Source of the DNA: Catajapyx aquilonaris
Lineage: Eukaryota
Assembly: GCA_000934665.2 (NCBI GenBank)
Contig: KZ538282.1
Location: 1-64,000 of the forward strand
Direction of reading: 5' to 3'
DNA: 64,000 nucleotides
The notes beneath the pieces are model-generated. The model was not told the DNA's origin. It saw only the letters and a list, made by a program, of their open reading frames with translations, and did not search any database. This document shows, piece by piece, positions 21,717-33,889 of this stretch. How positions within the stretch are numbered: position 1 is the stretch's first letter; the number at the start of each line of letters is the position of its first letter. The translations under genes and the position numbers were made by a program.

Positions 21717-22270
21717 TTAACATGCTAATACAAGACAATATGTGATAATCAAAATTAAAATATTTTGGGCTGACGTCCATATTTGCAAAAGTTATGACGT
21801 CTTAAAGTGCCAAAAATAATACATTTTCATACAAAATGGGATTACATTTGTGACCAGTTATAATGACATTGAAGAGCGTAAACAGTTTTTAGATTGGATT
21901 GCACCTTAACTGTGACGAGTTTTTAGAAAGGATTTAACTTTGATAATTTTATTTGGGTTGAAGCTTGATGTGATTATGGAGGTTCAAACCATAACTAATT
22001 ATGACATACTTGAAATGAGGTGATGTGACATTTATTTTGTGGAGATAATTTTGAATGATTTTGATTGTCGGGAGTTTTGACGTGGAAGTCTATGTTGTCA
22101 GAGTGCTATGGGTGTGTGGTCTGTTGTGTACAGGCATTTCCTGCAGAACATTTGGAGCGATCGATGGACCTCGATGGGATGTTCCAGTGTCTCATGCAAC
22201 GAGACATTCTGTGCTGACCTATGGATTTTCCTGTGTGGTTCCCCATTCTACACGAAAAGAGACGAAGTAA

Positions 22271-22576
22271 GCCAACTTCTTAATCGAAGCGGAGCGACGC
22301 AGTGCCCTGCACCCAGCATGGACGTATGGACCATTGTATATAACAATTATAATTTTTTTGATCATATTCATTATTGTTGTTAGTTATAGAAAATGTAGAA
22401 AACCAGGTAAAAGGACCCGGCCCTCAGTCATGTTTACTCCTGTCCCTCCCCACCCCAACATTCCCCTTGTCCAAATTGCCCCACCAGCCCCCAGATTATA
22501 TCCACAACTCCTCGCCCCCTCATACACCACTAAACCTCCCCTACCTAGAGTAGTTACTTTCGCAGAGGATATATAA
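22271..22576 (+). pseudogene. Transmembrane anchor and cytoplasmic tail fragment, possibly the end of a retroelement env-like ORF
   Basis: ANFLIEAERRSALHPAWTYGPLYITIIIFLIIFIIVVSYRKCRKPGK followed by a proline-rich tail; the stop at 22574-22576 abuts the candidate LTR start. Confidence 0.4.
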
Positions 22577-23617
22577 TGTAATCTAGTGAATCATAACATG
22601 TAAAAATGCAAAAGTTTAGGTCGACCACCCATGTTATTGGCAGGACCCCGATTTTAATTCATTCAAAAGGGTACCATACTCACTCGCAAGGCCAGAGGCG
22701 CCAACCCGAGGTCCAGGAGCAAGCAAGGGACGGAGCGGAAGGAAAGGAAGGAAGAGGACTGCAGCAGTACGCACAAGGCGAAGCTGCAGGCCGCAAGAGT
22801 GGGAGCTGGAAAGGTGCTGCCCACAACGTGGAAACAGGAGGCTGGGGAAGGCCATCCAGATGCTAGAGATCGTTATCCAACTATCAAAAGTGCGAGATAT
22901 GCCATGTTTAAGGGATATCTACACTTTCCGAGAGAAATGACGAATGTGGCGGTGGCCCACCCAGGAAGAGAAAACGGAAGTAAAAGGGAGATTGGACCGG
23001 GAACAAAACACAGCCAAGGGCAAGTCAACATGGAGCCATATCCTAGAGAAATGGAATCCTATTGACTACCTAGTGACCTACAACCCGGAAAAGAAGAGAA
23101 AGTCATACGGTTTGAGCCTGCAAGGACCCTCAAACCCACTTATCCCAGAAAAACAGAAGAGAAACTGAAAGTATCAGGCGCTTTATAAGGAGCGAGATGT
23201 CAAGCGTGGAGAGGTTGAGCGTGCAAAGTCGGAACGTGAAGTCGAACGTCGAACGTCGGAGGAACGGTCTGGATCAGTCCAGAGACACGGGAGAGGAGTC
23301 CCAAACCATCCCTGGAACGGAGACGCCAGCGCCTGTACCAGCAGTGAGTATGGGAGTGTCAGTACTGTGTACGCGTCACCAGTGAAGTCCTGGTCCCATG
23401 TCCAGCCATAAGCACGGGTGGTCATCCTCTACATTGTCTGTGTAATGCCTATAACCATTATGTCATGTGTCGTTCAATAAATGTGTACTGAGGAACTCGC
23501 CTTGATCAAGAGTGCCCCAACCCACTCCATACTGGAGAACCCGGTGGGCATCGGAACCTATCCTTACTCCCAAGTCTTTAATCCCAATCCTTAATCCCTA
23601 ATTGACCAGTCGTTACA
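22577..23617 (+). mobile_element. Probable LTR (3' LTR remnant) of an LTR retrotransposon
   Basis: TGTAA...TTACA termini; TATA-like CTTTATAAGG at 23181; AATAAA at 23476; the TTACA end falls where the R2-like RT reading frame breaks off. No second LTR or clear polypurine tract; left boundary uncertain (alternative TGTAA at 22599). Confidence 0.55.
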
Positions 23618-26600
23618 CTGGATACACAAAAGTTCTTAGTGCATCCAGCCTTTGCCAGGGTGCCAGTTCAGAGCTAAGTATCTTCCGACCGATCGAGATA
23701 AATTCATCGATTTTGGAAACACTTGAAAACCCACGGGCTTCCCCCAGAACGTTGTGGATTCCCCGTCCCTGAGGCATCTGACCTGATATCCTTCCGGAGT
23801 AAAGGGAGTCGGCCTCATCCCAACTGGGGTCCTGCCACATACCCTGTAGGTGGATAGTGACAGTCTTGGCTGGGTTGACGCAAATGGAAACCTGGGGCCC
23901 CTCCCTCACCACCGTCTCCATCTGGGGCTGCAGCTCCTGGGGCGAGTCTGCGATGATGGTAATGTCATCCTCGAAGGCCAGGACCTTGTGGACACCGCTG
24001 TTAGTCCCTGGCTGAAGTGCCCACAGAACAGGATCGATGGCACGGTTAAAGAGCAAACAGGACAATGGGTCACCCTGTCTGATGCCATTCAAGATAGGAA
24101 TCCAGTCTGTGAGCCCCTCTGATGTCAGAACTTTTGTGGAACCATCTCGGCACATGTCCTCCACTATGGAAGCCATAACCTCTCCCGCTCCGGCTGCCAG
24201 AAGGGCCACTGTCAAGGCTCCATGGGGAACTGAGGTGTAGGCAGACAAGAAATCCAGCCAGGCCACACAGGTCTCCTTCTCCTCCTCCAAGGCTCTGTCC
24301 ATCACCCTCTTCAAGATGAAATTGTGCTCAACACTCTGTCAAATGACTAGAAACCCTTTTGAGCACGGTGCAATACGCCATACTTCTCCACCCACTCTCC
24401 TAGGTGGACCGCCAGGCACCCAGTATAAAGTTTGTTTAGCGTAAGTGATATGGAGATGGGCCGCCAGTTAGCAGGATCATCGACACTGCCCTTCTTGTGA
24501 ATAAGGATGGTGGTGGAACTCCGCCAAGCTTACAGGATCCGCCGGTGACGCAGGCACATGTTGAACAGTGCCGAAAGGAGCACCGCCTCAGGATCAAGAC
24601 TCTTCCAATGATGGTAGGACAGCCGATCTTCCCTGGGAGCTAAGTTTTCACACCGGCGTAACTTGGCACAAACCTCTTGAGGAGAAAATGGTGGCATGGG
24701 CATCTCAGGGCGATCCTGGCACCATGGGTAAAAAGAGGGTTCCCATGGTCTCTCCTCATAAAGGCCAGTATCGACGTAAAAGTTTCTCGGGCACAAGTCC
24801 TCTTGACAGAGGAATCTTGCATGTCGAGACGGACTCTATGTCGCCTCAGGGCCCCTCTGGTCCCTCAGGAAGGGGATTAAAGTTGAAAATTTTCTACTTT
24901 TTCTCGTTCCTCGGATACGGGCATGCCCAGTTAGCTCCTCGTGCACGAGAAATCTTTTAATTGGTTACCGGCCTTAAGCATGTCTAAAATAATCGTGCAA
25001 AAAGGTCAGGGCCAAAGGCGCATTTGGTGCCTTTGCCCTGTAGAATCAATCGGGTAGCCCCTTTCCTGTTGCAACGGTACAGTGATTGGATAACCTTTGG
25101 ATCCTCCACATCTATGGGCCGTCTTCTCCCAGTCTGTCCCTCAGGTCGCGGAGGGATCTGAACCACTTCACATGCAGTTTTAGTGATGGTTTCAAGGACG
25201 GACTCAAACTGGGCCCACATCTCCTCAGTTACGTCCTCCCTCAGTAGCTGGTGTAGATTCAGAAGATGAACGTGAATTGGAGTCGTTCCCACCGGGCTGA
25301 GGAGCTCATCATCCCAGCTGGCTGCACCGTGATCCATCCCGTCATTGCGCCCAACCTCAGCCTCCACCTCATAGGTCCTCCTCGTGATCAGGATTGGAAC
25401 CCTCTATAGGTGTATTGAAAGATGGCTGATGTTTGCTACCAGGGGACGGAGGCCGACTGCACTGATCAGGTGGTGACAGGTGCTGCGCAATGAGAAGGGC
25501 AGAACTGGCTCCAGGATCCTCCGACTCATCTCTCACGTCTTCATTGATGAAATTGTCATCCACTTGTTGCTCACATTGGGATGGGGTGATGCTTTCACAA
25601 GGGGCGGGAGAGGAAGCACCGCCAACATCCTTTCTCCTACGTCGACCACGGCGAAAGGGGAGCTTTCTCAATCTGCTCTTGGCGTTTATGCCATCGGAGA
25701 TGATTTGACAATCTGGATTTTGAGGGGAATCCCAGCTGGCAAATATCACATTTGAAAGGGTAGTCCTCCTCGTCACGTGAGAGCAGGACAACGTTTGTAT
25801 TCCAGGGAGCATTCATGTTGAGGAGGCCACTTGCCCATAACTTTGTGGCATCCAATGCAAATGAGTGTTCTTGGTGCGGATAAGGTGATCTTTCTCCAGG
25901 TGCCTGCTCAAAGAGTTCTTGGCAGTTGACCATTTGGCACACCGAAACTCCTTGTCGCAGCCAGGTTCTGTACATTTCAGGCAATCTGGGGGAGGGAAGG
26001 AAAGCATAAGCTCCTCTCCTTGTCTCAAAGGCAGGTTATCAACAAGAGGGGAGGTCTTCACCTGAGGATCATGCTGATCAGTTTCAGAGGAAACTCTCAC
26101 GAGATCAGGCAGCCCTCTGTCTGGAGTAGCACTCAATGGAACATTTTGAGAACTCACAGGGGAACCCCTGGGAAGAGTAGCAAATGGTTGGCAACATTTA
26201 TGCTTAGAGGGGTAATAACCCACATCGGTATCACACTGACTGCACTTCACTACAATTTCCAGAGGGCATAAATCGTGAATCTCCTCCATGTCGAGATATA
26301 CTAAACTTCAAATGTTTGAAATGTATACTCCGGAAAGAACGCTCACGCCTGTCTTCAGGACATACTAGCTCATTAGGAAGTGGATAAAATATAACAAGCA
26401 AAGAGTCCGTCCGAACAGGCTGCTTGAGAGACTCCGTCGATCCTAAGGCCGGTGAAATAGCAGCAGAGGCACCAGCTTTGTCCATAGTAACAACCTGGCT
26501 CACCAATTCGGGAACTGAACTCGATGAAGACATCACGGCATGGGTCTTGTTGGGTCTTGAGTGGGTCTTGTTGGCAGCCGTTGGCAGGCGATGGTGTATG

Positions 26601-26900
26601 ACACTGGGCTGGATAACTCACTGGGTGTTGGCAATGGTGAGGGGGGGAAGGAGGTTGAATTTATCCCTCCTGCTGTTCCACTTCTGTCTCTTGGTCTCTC
26701 TTCGTCTGTCTCCTACCCCAAATACCTGTCCGACTTGGGTGGCCCTGCCAATAGACAAAGCTACTACTGGCATAGCTCTTGAAGTCACAGGAGAAACGCA
26801 AACCCCCGCCACAATAAGGTGAAGATACCATCAGGGGGCAGGCAGCTTAAGATACCAGTCTTTCCTCTCTTCTTTTTCCTCGTTGTTTCTGTCTCCATCT
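23618..26900 (-). mobile_element. Decayed R2-superfamily non-LTR retrotransposon (NeSL/Utopia-like), 3' truncated
   Basis: C2H2-type fingers (CTEPGC..SLSRHLEKDH; FKCDICQLGFPSKSRLSNHLRWH), IQSLYRCNRK, APREDRLSYHHW, NWRPIS, WLDFLSAYTSVPH, GIRQGDPLS, LAFEDDI, LAPWQRLDALRTFVYP; many frameshifts and stops; endonuclease domain absent; a small foreign insert near 24800-24975; 5' boundary approximate. Confidence 0.88.
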
Positions 26901-27151
26901 GTCCCATCATTGTGTCTTCTAACAGCCAGATAGCCATAGTTGCTTTGGCTCCTTCCTAATAAACCCAAACCGAACTCCCCAGATCGAATTTCTCTCGAAC
27001 GTAGCGTTCAAACTCTGTAACGTTCCAAGTTAGGGTCGTTCTAAATACGAGGTTCCACTGTACCTTCAATCAATCACTGCTACAATTATTCCAATCCATA
27101 GTAAAATATGCAAGTTGCAAGAGAAAAGGCTCACTCTATAATCGCCCCCAT

Positions 27152-27379
27152 TCTTGGTGTAAAGGCACATCCCACCCACTGCCTTACCTGAATCCCACCC
27201 TAATAATTGAGGCCCAGAAACATGCGGTGTTGTCATATGCACCAGGTACGTAGGCAATTATCATGAGCAATGTATGACAACTCTTTTTCAAGCCTCAGTT
27301 ATCACGGTGGGCACTCCACAGTGTGGGGAGATTCAGGTATGGTAGTGGTTGAGATGTGCCTTACACGTTACACCAAGGA
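27152..27379. mobile_element. MITE-like inverted repeat
   Basis: TCTTGGTGTAAAGGCACATCCCACCCACTGCCTTACCTGAATC pairs with GATTCAGGTATGGTAGTGGTTGAGATGTGCCTTACACGTTACACCAAGGA. Confidence 0.6.
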
Positions 27380-28440
27380 CCAACTATAACATATCCATAA
27401 TAGACCGGAGCCAGAAGAAACTTTCTCTACCTAACTCTTTGGTCCTACATCTCGTTTATCATCAGTAAACCGGGCATGGAAGTAGCCTAGTCTGTTGGCA
27501 AATTCATCCAACCTCATCAGGCCCTAGCACTCAGTGATGGCTTAAGGATCCGTGGGGCCCATAGCACTACTAATAGCGGGGCCTCCTTGGCTCCATGTAC
27601 ATAATTGCATTTTGCAACTCCCTTGGGTAGACAGGTTAAATGACGACTGAATGACGATAACCTTGGGTATATGTGAATGGAGAAATGGCAACATTGCATA
27701 TTTGCATTAAATTTAATTTATAGAAAAACAAATATTTGGATTGTTGGTCCATGACTTGCCTAGTATGCAGTTGATCTCTAACGCAACTGTCAGGATGACT
27801 TTGCTGAAAACGTTTGCTAACGACACTTATTACCCTGAACTTTAAAAATCCATCTATCAAGGGTTCATATTATGGTCCTCATGCTAATCTCCATGTACGA
27901 GATATCGTAGCTTAGACTTGATGGGACAGCAGAAACTATACTGAAGATTTAAGGCGTATTTAACATGAGGTCAATTGTATATAAACTTTGAACTGTATTT
28001 AGACTATTACGTTCAAAACTTCACAAGTAGTATTCACACTCTAACTTTAAAATAATTCTGAATCATAGTTAGGATCAATGGCGCAGTCTTCAAGCTTTGA
28101 CACTTGCAAACACATCAATTCTTATCGCATTTTTTTGGGACTATTTCAAATATGTTATCCTGTATTTTCTAGAACCCACGGTTTTTGAGTAATCTGAATT
28201 TTTTAAAGTGGCAAAGAACTTCCCCTGACATACTGTATACATATGCAATGTTACCATAACCTGACCTAAAATTTACATGCGGATTTTCTGCTGTACCTGG
28301 CTTGACAAACATCCCTCTTGACATACGAAGAAAGAGACAGGCCGAGGGAATAATAGTTGACACATGTACTGCATGGTTACATTATGAAATCCTAGTAAAA
28401 TATTCACAAAACTTGGTTATGAGTTGTACACTGCAATTCC

Positions 28441-28763
28441 GGAAGGCGGAGTGGCGCTGCGGTAACGTAAACGCCCACGGATGGAAGGGTCCCGGGTTAA
28501 ATCCCAAGCCCGGGCTTTCCTCCCTTTCTTCTCGTGCGGAGTTCGGGGTCATCTCCGGCTTCATCTAGGGTGGGATTTCCGATAGATGAACCACCCGGGG
28601 GAGCTAACAAAATGACCATAGCTACGACATTGCACTTGCACATTGCACATCCCCTCCCAGTCACCCTGCCCTCGGACCAGGGCTCTTCGTTGACCAAACT
28701 AATGTACTATCTTGGCAAATAAAGGTCTGTGCCGAAACCTCAGATGAGGTATGGCACTATACC

Positions 28764-28805
<42 letters not shown>
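28441..28805 (+). mobile_element. tRNA-derived SINE, family 2
   Basis: A-box-like TGGCGCTGCGG, B-box-like GGTTAAATCCC, 3' hairpin GTGCC-GAA-ACCTCA-GA-TGAGGT-AT-GGCAC, long (ATT)n tail; 14-bp TSD TACA(C/A)TGCAATTCC at 28427-28440 and 28806-28819. Confidence 0.88.
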
Positions 28806-28808
<3 letters not shown>

Positions 28809-29619
28809 AATGCAATTCCTCATAATTTGACATTTTCGAGTAAGCAAGGAATGATAAGACTTGATTAATGGATGGCTTACGTTGCCCCAGTTGATATTGT
28901 GACAGCAGTAAATGAACCAAAATCCTTACATGGCATTACAAGCATATTACAGTATTTTAAAATATGCCTAGGATCATAATTATCAAGCCATACATGTTAC
29001 TAGAAGAGAGGGTAGGTTTGTTTCAAGAAGATAGTTGCCGATAGAAAAATTCTGACTGCATATGCAAACCAGTGCCTCTGAATGTGTAGGAAATACCATA
29101 CCTAATATTGTTCACAGATATTGTTCCCAAGATCCTTGTCCCCTGTGACTTATTTCTTGCCCTGTACAGTGACCCTCGACCAGAAGTTGGGATTCCTGAA
29201 GGTACCTGATTTCCCTCTGTTGCGGAAAGAAAAGCCAGCCAGTTTTATGTCACAAAATTTTCGCCCCTTCAACCTCCTGTGCAGTAGGTGGGGACCGGAC
29301 TGGGACCCCCCTTCCAAGTATATCCAGCACTGAATTAACTTAGTCTCGGTGAAGCCTGCACAGCTATACGAACAGACCCCTTTTTTTCCATCTTAAACAT
29401 CATCCACTCAAGCAAATAAATCATTATTCTATTCCACGAATGTACTGTGCAAGTAATTTGCAATGCTCATGAAAAATTTCTAACAACCAGCGTACAAGTG
29501 TACATATCAGCGCGGGGCCCGTAGGATGTAAAACCGCGCTGCCTAGCACACTACATTCAACCGGCAAGCGTGAAACTTAGCCCTAACCATGTGGCCGGAG
29601 CAGCATGGCAAAAGCTTAC

Positions 29620-29820
29620 CTCGTTACCGGATTACCAAGTTCTAGGGAGCCGACTCCTGTCTCAGACTACAGCAAGGTTCCTCCCGGTGCAAGCCACGTA
29701 ACGGTCGGGCTGTACAAGGTTTCCCAGCGTCAACGGTCCGGCCAGGACCGGCAGACATTCAAACGATAATCTTCCACACCACAGACCACAATTCTCTGTC
29801 GTCTAGTTTGCGCGGGTCCC
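29620..29820 (-). promoter_or_regulatory. Probable non-coding first exon and core promoter of separase
   Basis: CpG-rich patch in AT-rich surroundings ending in a consensus donor GAG|gtaagc (exon end 29620); CHR-like TTTGAA at 29758-29763; no open frame through to the donor from the ATG at 29758. Confidence 0.5.
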
Positions 29821-29954
29821 GCTAGTTAGCGCTGCTTGGGGAGGGCACGGGGAGGGGGAATATATATTTTTAATGAAGAACACATTTTAAAATATGTACT
29901 TTAAAATTATTGTTATTAAATTAATTAAAAGTCATTGCTGATAAGCAGCAGTAG

Positions 29955-30090
29955 AAACTTTCCGCCATTGAGTTTATCTTAACACCTAATGTATGAACCC
30001 GGCTCATAATTGGCTACTTCCGAGAACCGAGCTCCAAAGGTAGCCAATTGAGAGCCTCTTTTATACGTTTGTTCATGGCGGGAAAGTCTT
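29955..30090. promoter_or_regulatory. Imperfect palindrome carrying E2F-like and CCAAT motifs
   Basis: TTTCCGCC (29959) and GGCGGGAAA (30077-30085); ATTGG (30009) and CCAAT (30044) symmetrically placed. Confidence 0.45.
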
Positions 30091-33000
30091 CCAGGCAGTT
30101 TTCCTTTTGTACGATAGAGAGCGGCGCTCTACGCGCCTGCCAGTGATGACCCATGCAATAGCGCCACATGTATTCAGAATAGTACTACGACTTGTGTGTG
30201 TTTTTATTACAGCACATGCTGGCACATGCTAAGATTACCGCACGACCACGTGCGGCAACACGTCATTTACTCACTAAACATCCCAAATCGAAAAAGATTA
30301 CGACTATGAATGTAGTTGGTCAGTGTCACGTAAATTTAGCCGATTTTTTTATATCATCTCTCTGTATGCCAGCACGGCATATCTACGACTAATACAGTAC
30401 TGTACAAAACAAAGTCCAATTTAGCATGAATCAATATCTTTGGTGTTTCCGAACTCGATGCTTTGGAGCCAATGTACCATGATCTCATTACAAGTTCCCG
30501 ACTGAAAGTGACACGTGAAGAAGACGCAGCAGGATATAGTCCTTGTCCTACTATAATAAGCAGCGGCGTAGCCAGGATTTGTAAGGACGGGGTTATGTGA
30601 GGGGAGAGCGAAGATGCCCGCCGCAGGCGGTTTTTTTTCTCTTTGCTGTTCAAGCTCACACAAGCTTAGGTGAATGTAACTGACCAGTTAGTTAGTTTTT
30701 TTAACTGGTTTGCATGCTGCTTGGTTCCTTTCGTCAACATGCTCAAAATTTAGACAGCCAAAATTATACAAAACATTATATCCATCCAGTTTATTGACAT
30801 CTGCCAGTTATTTTCTTTAAGAAAATGCTGAAAAGGCAGCAAAATGCAAGATAAATTTTTACAACTGGAAAATGACCCAACAGACTCTTTGGGAATTGGC
30901 TGAAATATACACAAAGAGCGTAATATATTCAAGGTATAAATACCATAAAATGTGTGCATGGGATAATAATAAATTATAGTACGGTACTAAGTTGTAGTCA
31001 AACTCCATATCCAACATTACATTACATGGGAAAAAGAAATGGTCACGATGAGAAGTAATTATTTTTAAAACTCAGAAAAAAACCCTGCTTTGTTGCACTT
31101 TTACTGCGATGGAATCTAATGGTGACACAAACAGTAGTGATACGTAGGCCTACAACTGATGTCCAGAACGGATGATTAGTTTTTCCATTTTTGTACAAGT
31201 TGGCATAGCCTACATCACAAAAAATTATATATATGATTGTGAGAGCTTTGATCTCATCTTTTTTATGTGTTAAATATTGGAAAAATAATCTATGCAGATT
31301 TTCTGTTAAAATCAGGGTCTTTGTATAAAAAAACGGGAAAACCCCAAATTTTCCTCGGAAAATCAACTTTTCCCTGGCTTTTACAACACTAGCCCTTACC
31401 CTTGACAGCTTGGCCGACAGTTCGGCATCTCGAATGACCCTTGAAAAATCCGAGACAAAGGGTGAAAATTCGGGACTGTGCTGGAAAATTCGGGATGTCT
31501 GGTCACCTTGGTTATTTTTGATTTGGAATAAATTATACTTAGGCTACATCATCCACTACATACCATATTTGCGCATGTGCGTTTTAACATCAGTATTAAA
31601 ATATCGGATTTGAACTTTTCTTTTTTGGTCCAGGGCCACTGATAATAAGTGACGAAGAAGACTTCCGATTTCGAAGACGTCTCGTCGCCAACAGCAGGTG
31701 AAGCTTCGCAGGCAGTAAGAGATTATCCCAATTTTTTAAAGTCCCAAGACACAGCAGACAAAGTCAATGACCGGGTGGCTCATGGTAAATGGCAGAGGCC
31801 TATTATATATTTATTTAACTCTTATATAATGCTAAAAGTGGCTCAGTTCTGGGTTGTTGTTGACCTCGTGTGTTTTTGTGCACGGGCATCTCTTCAAATA
31901 TAATTTATTCATCAACTACATTAAATACGCTCTTACACGAATTTGCATGGGAATTGTGTAGTGATAATATAGGGCATGGTTTTCCCATTTACTGTAAATA
32001 TTTCTCTCGTGCAAGGCCAAACTGCACTCAACAAAATGAAAGTTTCGTTGGCGGACAATAATTCCCAACTGATCATGCATATCATGCAAATGAACCTATT
32101 GTATATCTTTCAAAAGAGAGTTTCTCAGTTGATAATGGGCTAATAGCTACTCCCATCGGGAAACAATGTTCCGGACTCGTCATCGTATGGGTGAGGCCTG
32201 TATTTCCTATTGTCATGGCAACTTCACACGCATGTAACATTTATAGAATTTTCATAGATATTTATAGAATCTGATACACATGGTTCGCCTTTTGTGTTAT
32301 ACTAAGAACATGGGATTTCCAGTTTTTTATTAGCATTCACTAGCGATGAAATTATTTTTTTAGGGGTCATTAACGTTAGTATTAGGATTTTAACCTTTCG
32401 ACTTATGCATGTGGAGTGCAAACCTTTTATATGGAGACGCACCACACCGAAAAGTGAGTGTGGTCTAACTACTTGTCAGGTTGAATAGGCCACCATAGGC
32501 TAACAAGATAAATAGGCTCATGAAATGATAACTTACTTCCTGTTGTGCTGCAGATAATGATGCCAGACGGCACTTTGTGGTGAGCAGAAGGGATATCTCT
32601 CTATAGAGCTAAGTAAGTGTTACCCCGCTGGTGCTGAATACGTGCTTGCTAAAGCTGAATGGAGACTGTTCAATCGACAGCATTCTGCCCCGAGATAAAT
32701 AGGACAAGGCTGGATAGGCGTGTCTTCCTAGCGCTCAAGTCCAATATGATGTCTTTAACACCTATATACGAGCTCATTTCGATATCTTCTGCATTTGAAT
32801 ATTTTAGGCGATCTGTATACTGCATTCAATTGGAGCACATAATACAAATGGATGCACAATGAGTCACAGCCAGTCTAAAGGTGGGTCTTTATTTCAGCTG
32901 GTCTGTTTAGCTCCACACTACTATAATTCAGGGGGGCTTGGAGCTACACTGTTGCTCTAGACCTCCCGCACAGACACAACAAAAGAATACCATCTGAGCA

Positions 33001-33225
33001 TAAATCCTGGACCAAATTTTATTTGACTACATTTTTTTGTCCTCTTGCCAATGTGACTAGTCAAACGATCATTTACCTAAATTTACTACCGTATTTGGCT
33101 GTGGTATATATTATCAGAGCAGCAGGCAGCAATAAAACAAATGTAAACGTCAGGGTTATATAGTCTTCCAAATGTACGACAACCTAAAGAATAATACAGT
33201 GTCTGCTGCCTTATGCGCTCTTTAA

Positions 33226-33889
33226 AGGGACACTCCACTCAAATCACAAGTTTGGCTCTAAAAATCGGGCAAAAGAATCCTGAATCCGAAGGTGCAATCC
33301 GTTTTTCGCTACGCGGAACGGTAATCCCAGGGCGAGGGGTCAAAGTGAGGAAATTCAAATAGTGCGCTAGAAGCTGGCCGTCCGCCAGCGACGCCCTCGG
33401 GACCTTGGGAACTGGAAGGCTGCTCCCGCCTGCCCGCGCGCTTAAGGCCTCTACACAAATTCGGCGAATGGCTGGGCGGGCGGAAAACGTGCGATTGGGG
33501 CGCGGAATGGGAGTGGTGACAATTCACATATTCAAGCGGTGGCGCTGCGGGCGGAAACTGGTGCGCGGTGGGAATCGCTCAAGTCCATCCGGGTGGACTC
33601 GTGCGATTGCCACCGCTCAGTTCCGCGCCCCAAACCACGCCCCCAAACGCACTCTTGCCGCCCGCTCAGTCTTCCGCCGAATTTGTGTAGCGGCCTTAGG
33701 CCCATCCCAGAGTGGTGCAGCCCTCCAGTTCCCCTCTTCCCCGCGTGGCGGCGCCGCTCAGACGACACACTTTGACACCTCGCCCCGGGATTACCGTTCC
33801 GCGTAGCGAAAAACTAATTGCGCCGTCGGATTCACGATTTTTGCCCGATTTTTAGAGCCAAACTGTTTTTTTTTGAGTGGAGTATCCCT
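33226..33889. mobile_element. Kolobok-type fold-back MITE
   Basis: TTAA|AGGGACACTCCACTCAAA...TTTGAGTGGAGTATCCCT|TTAA; arms pair through TTTTTCGCTACGCGGAACGGTAATCCC and the GC-rich interior. Confidence 0.88.

Noticed and set aside
21900..22260. Possible missing 3' end (zinc knuckle/endonuclease) of the R2-like element on the minus strand
   Set aside because: Only a weak ETLEH-like string; no CCHC spacing or PD-(D/E)xK motif could be read.
23619..23632. TGG after the LTR end as a primer-binding site
   Set aside because: The sequence is the in-frame TFVYP segment of the R2-like element and matches no tRNA 3' end that I recognise.
28725..28760. Hammerhead ribozyme at the SINE 3' end
   Set aside because: GAAA is present but the CUGAUGA core and three-stem layout are not; it is a simple hairpin.
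33309..33806. GC-rich ORFs or CpG-island promoter
   Set aside because: Wholly inside the TTAA-flanked fold-back MITE.
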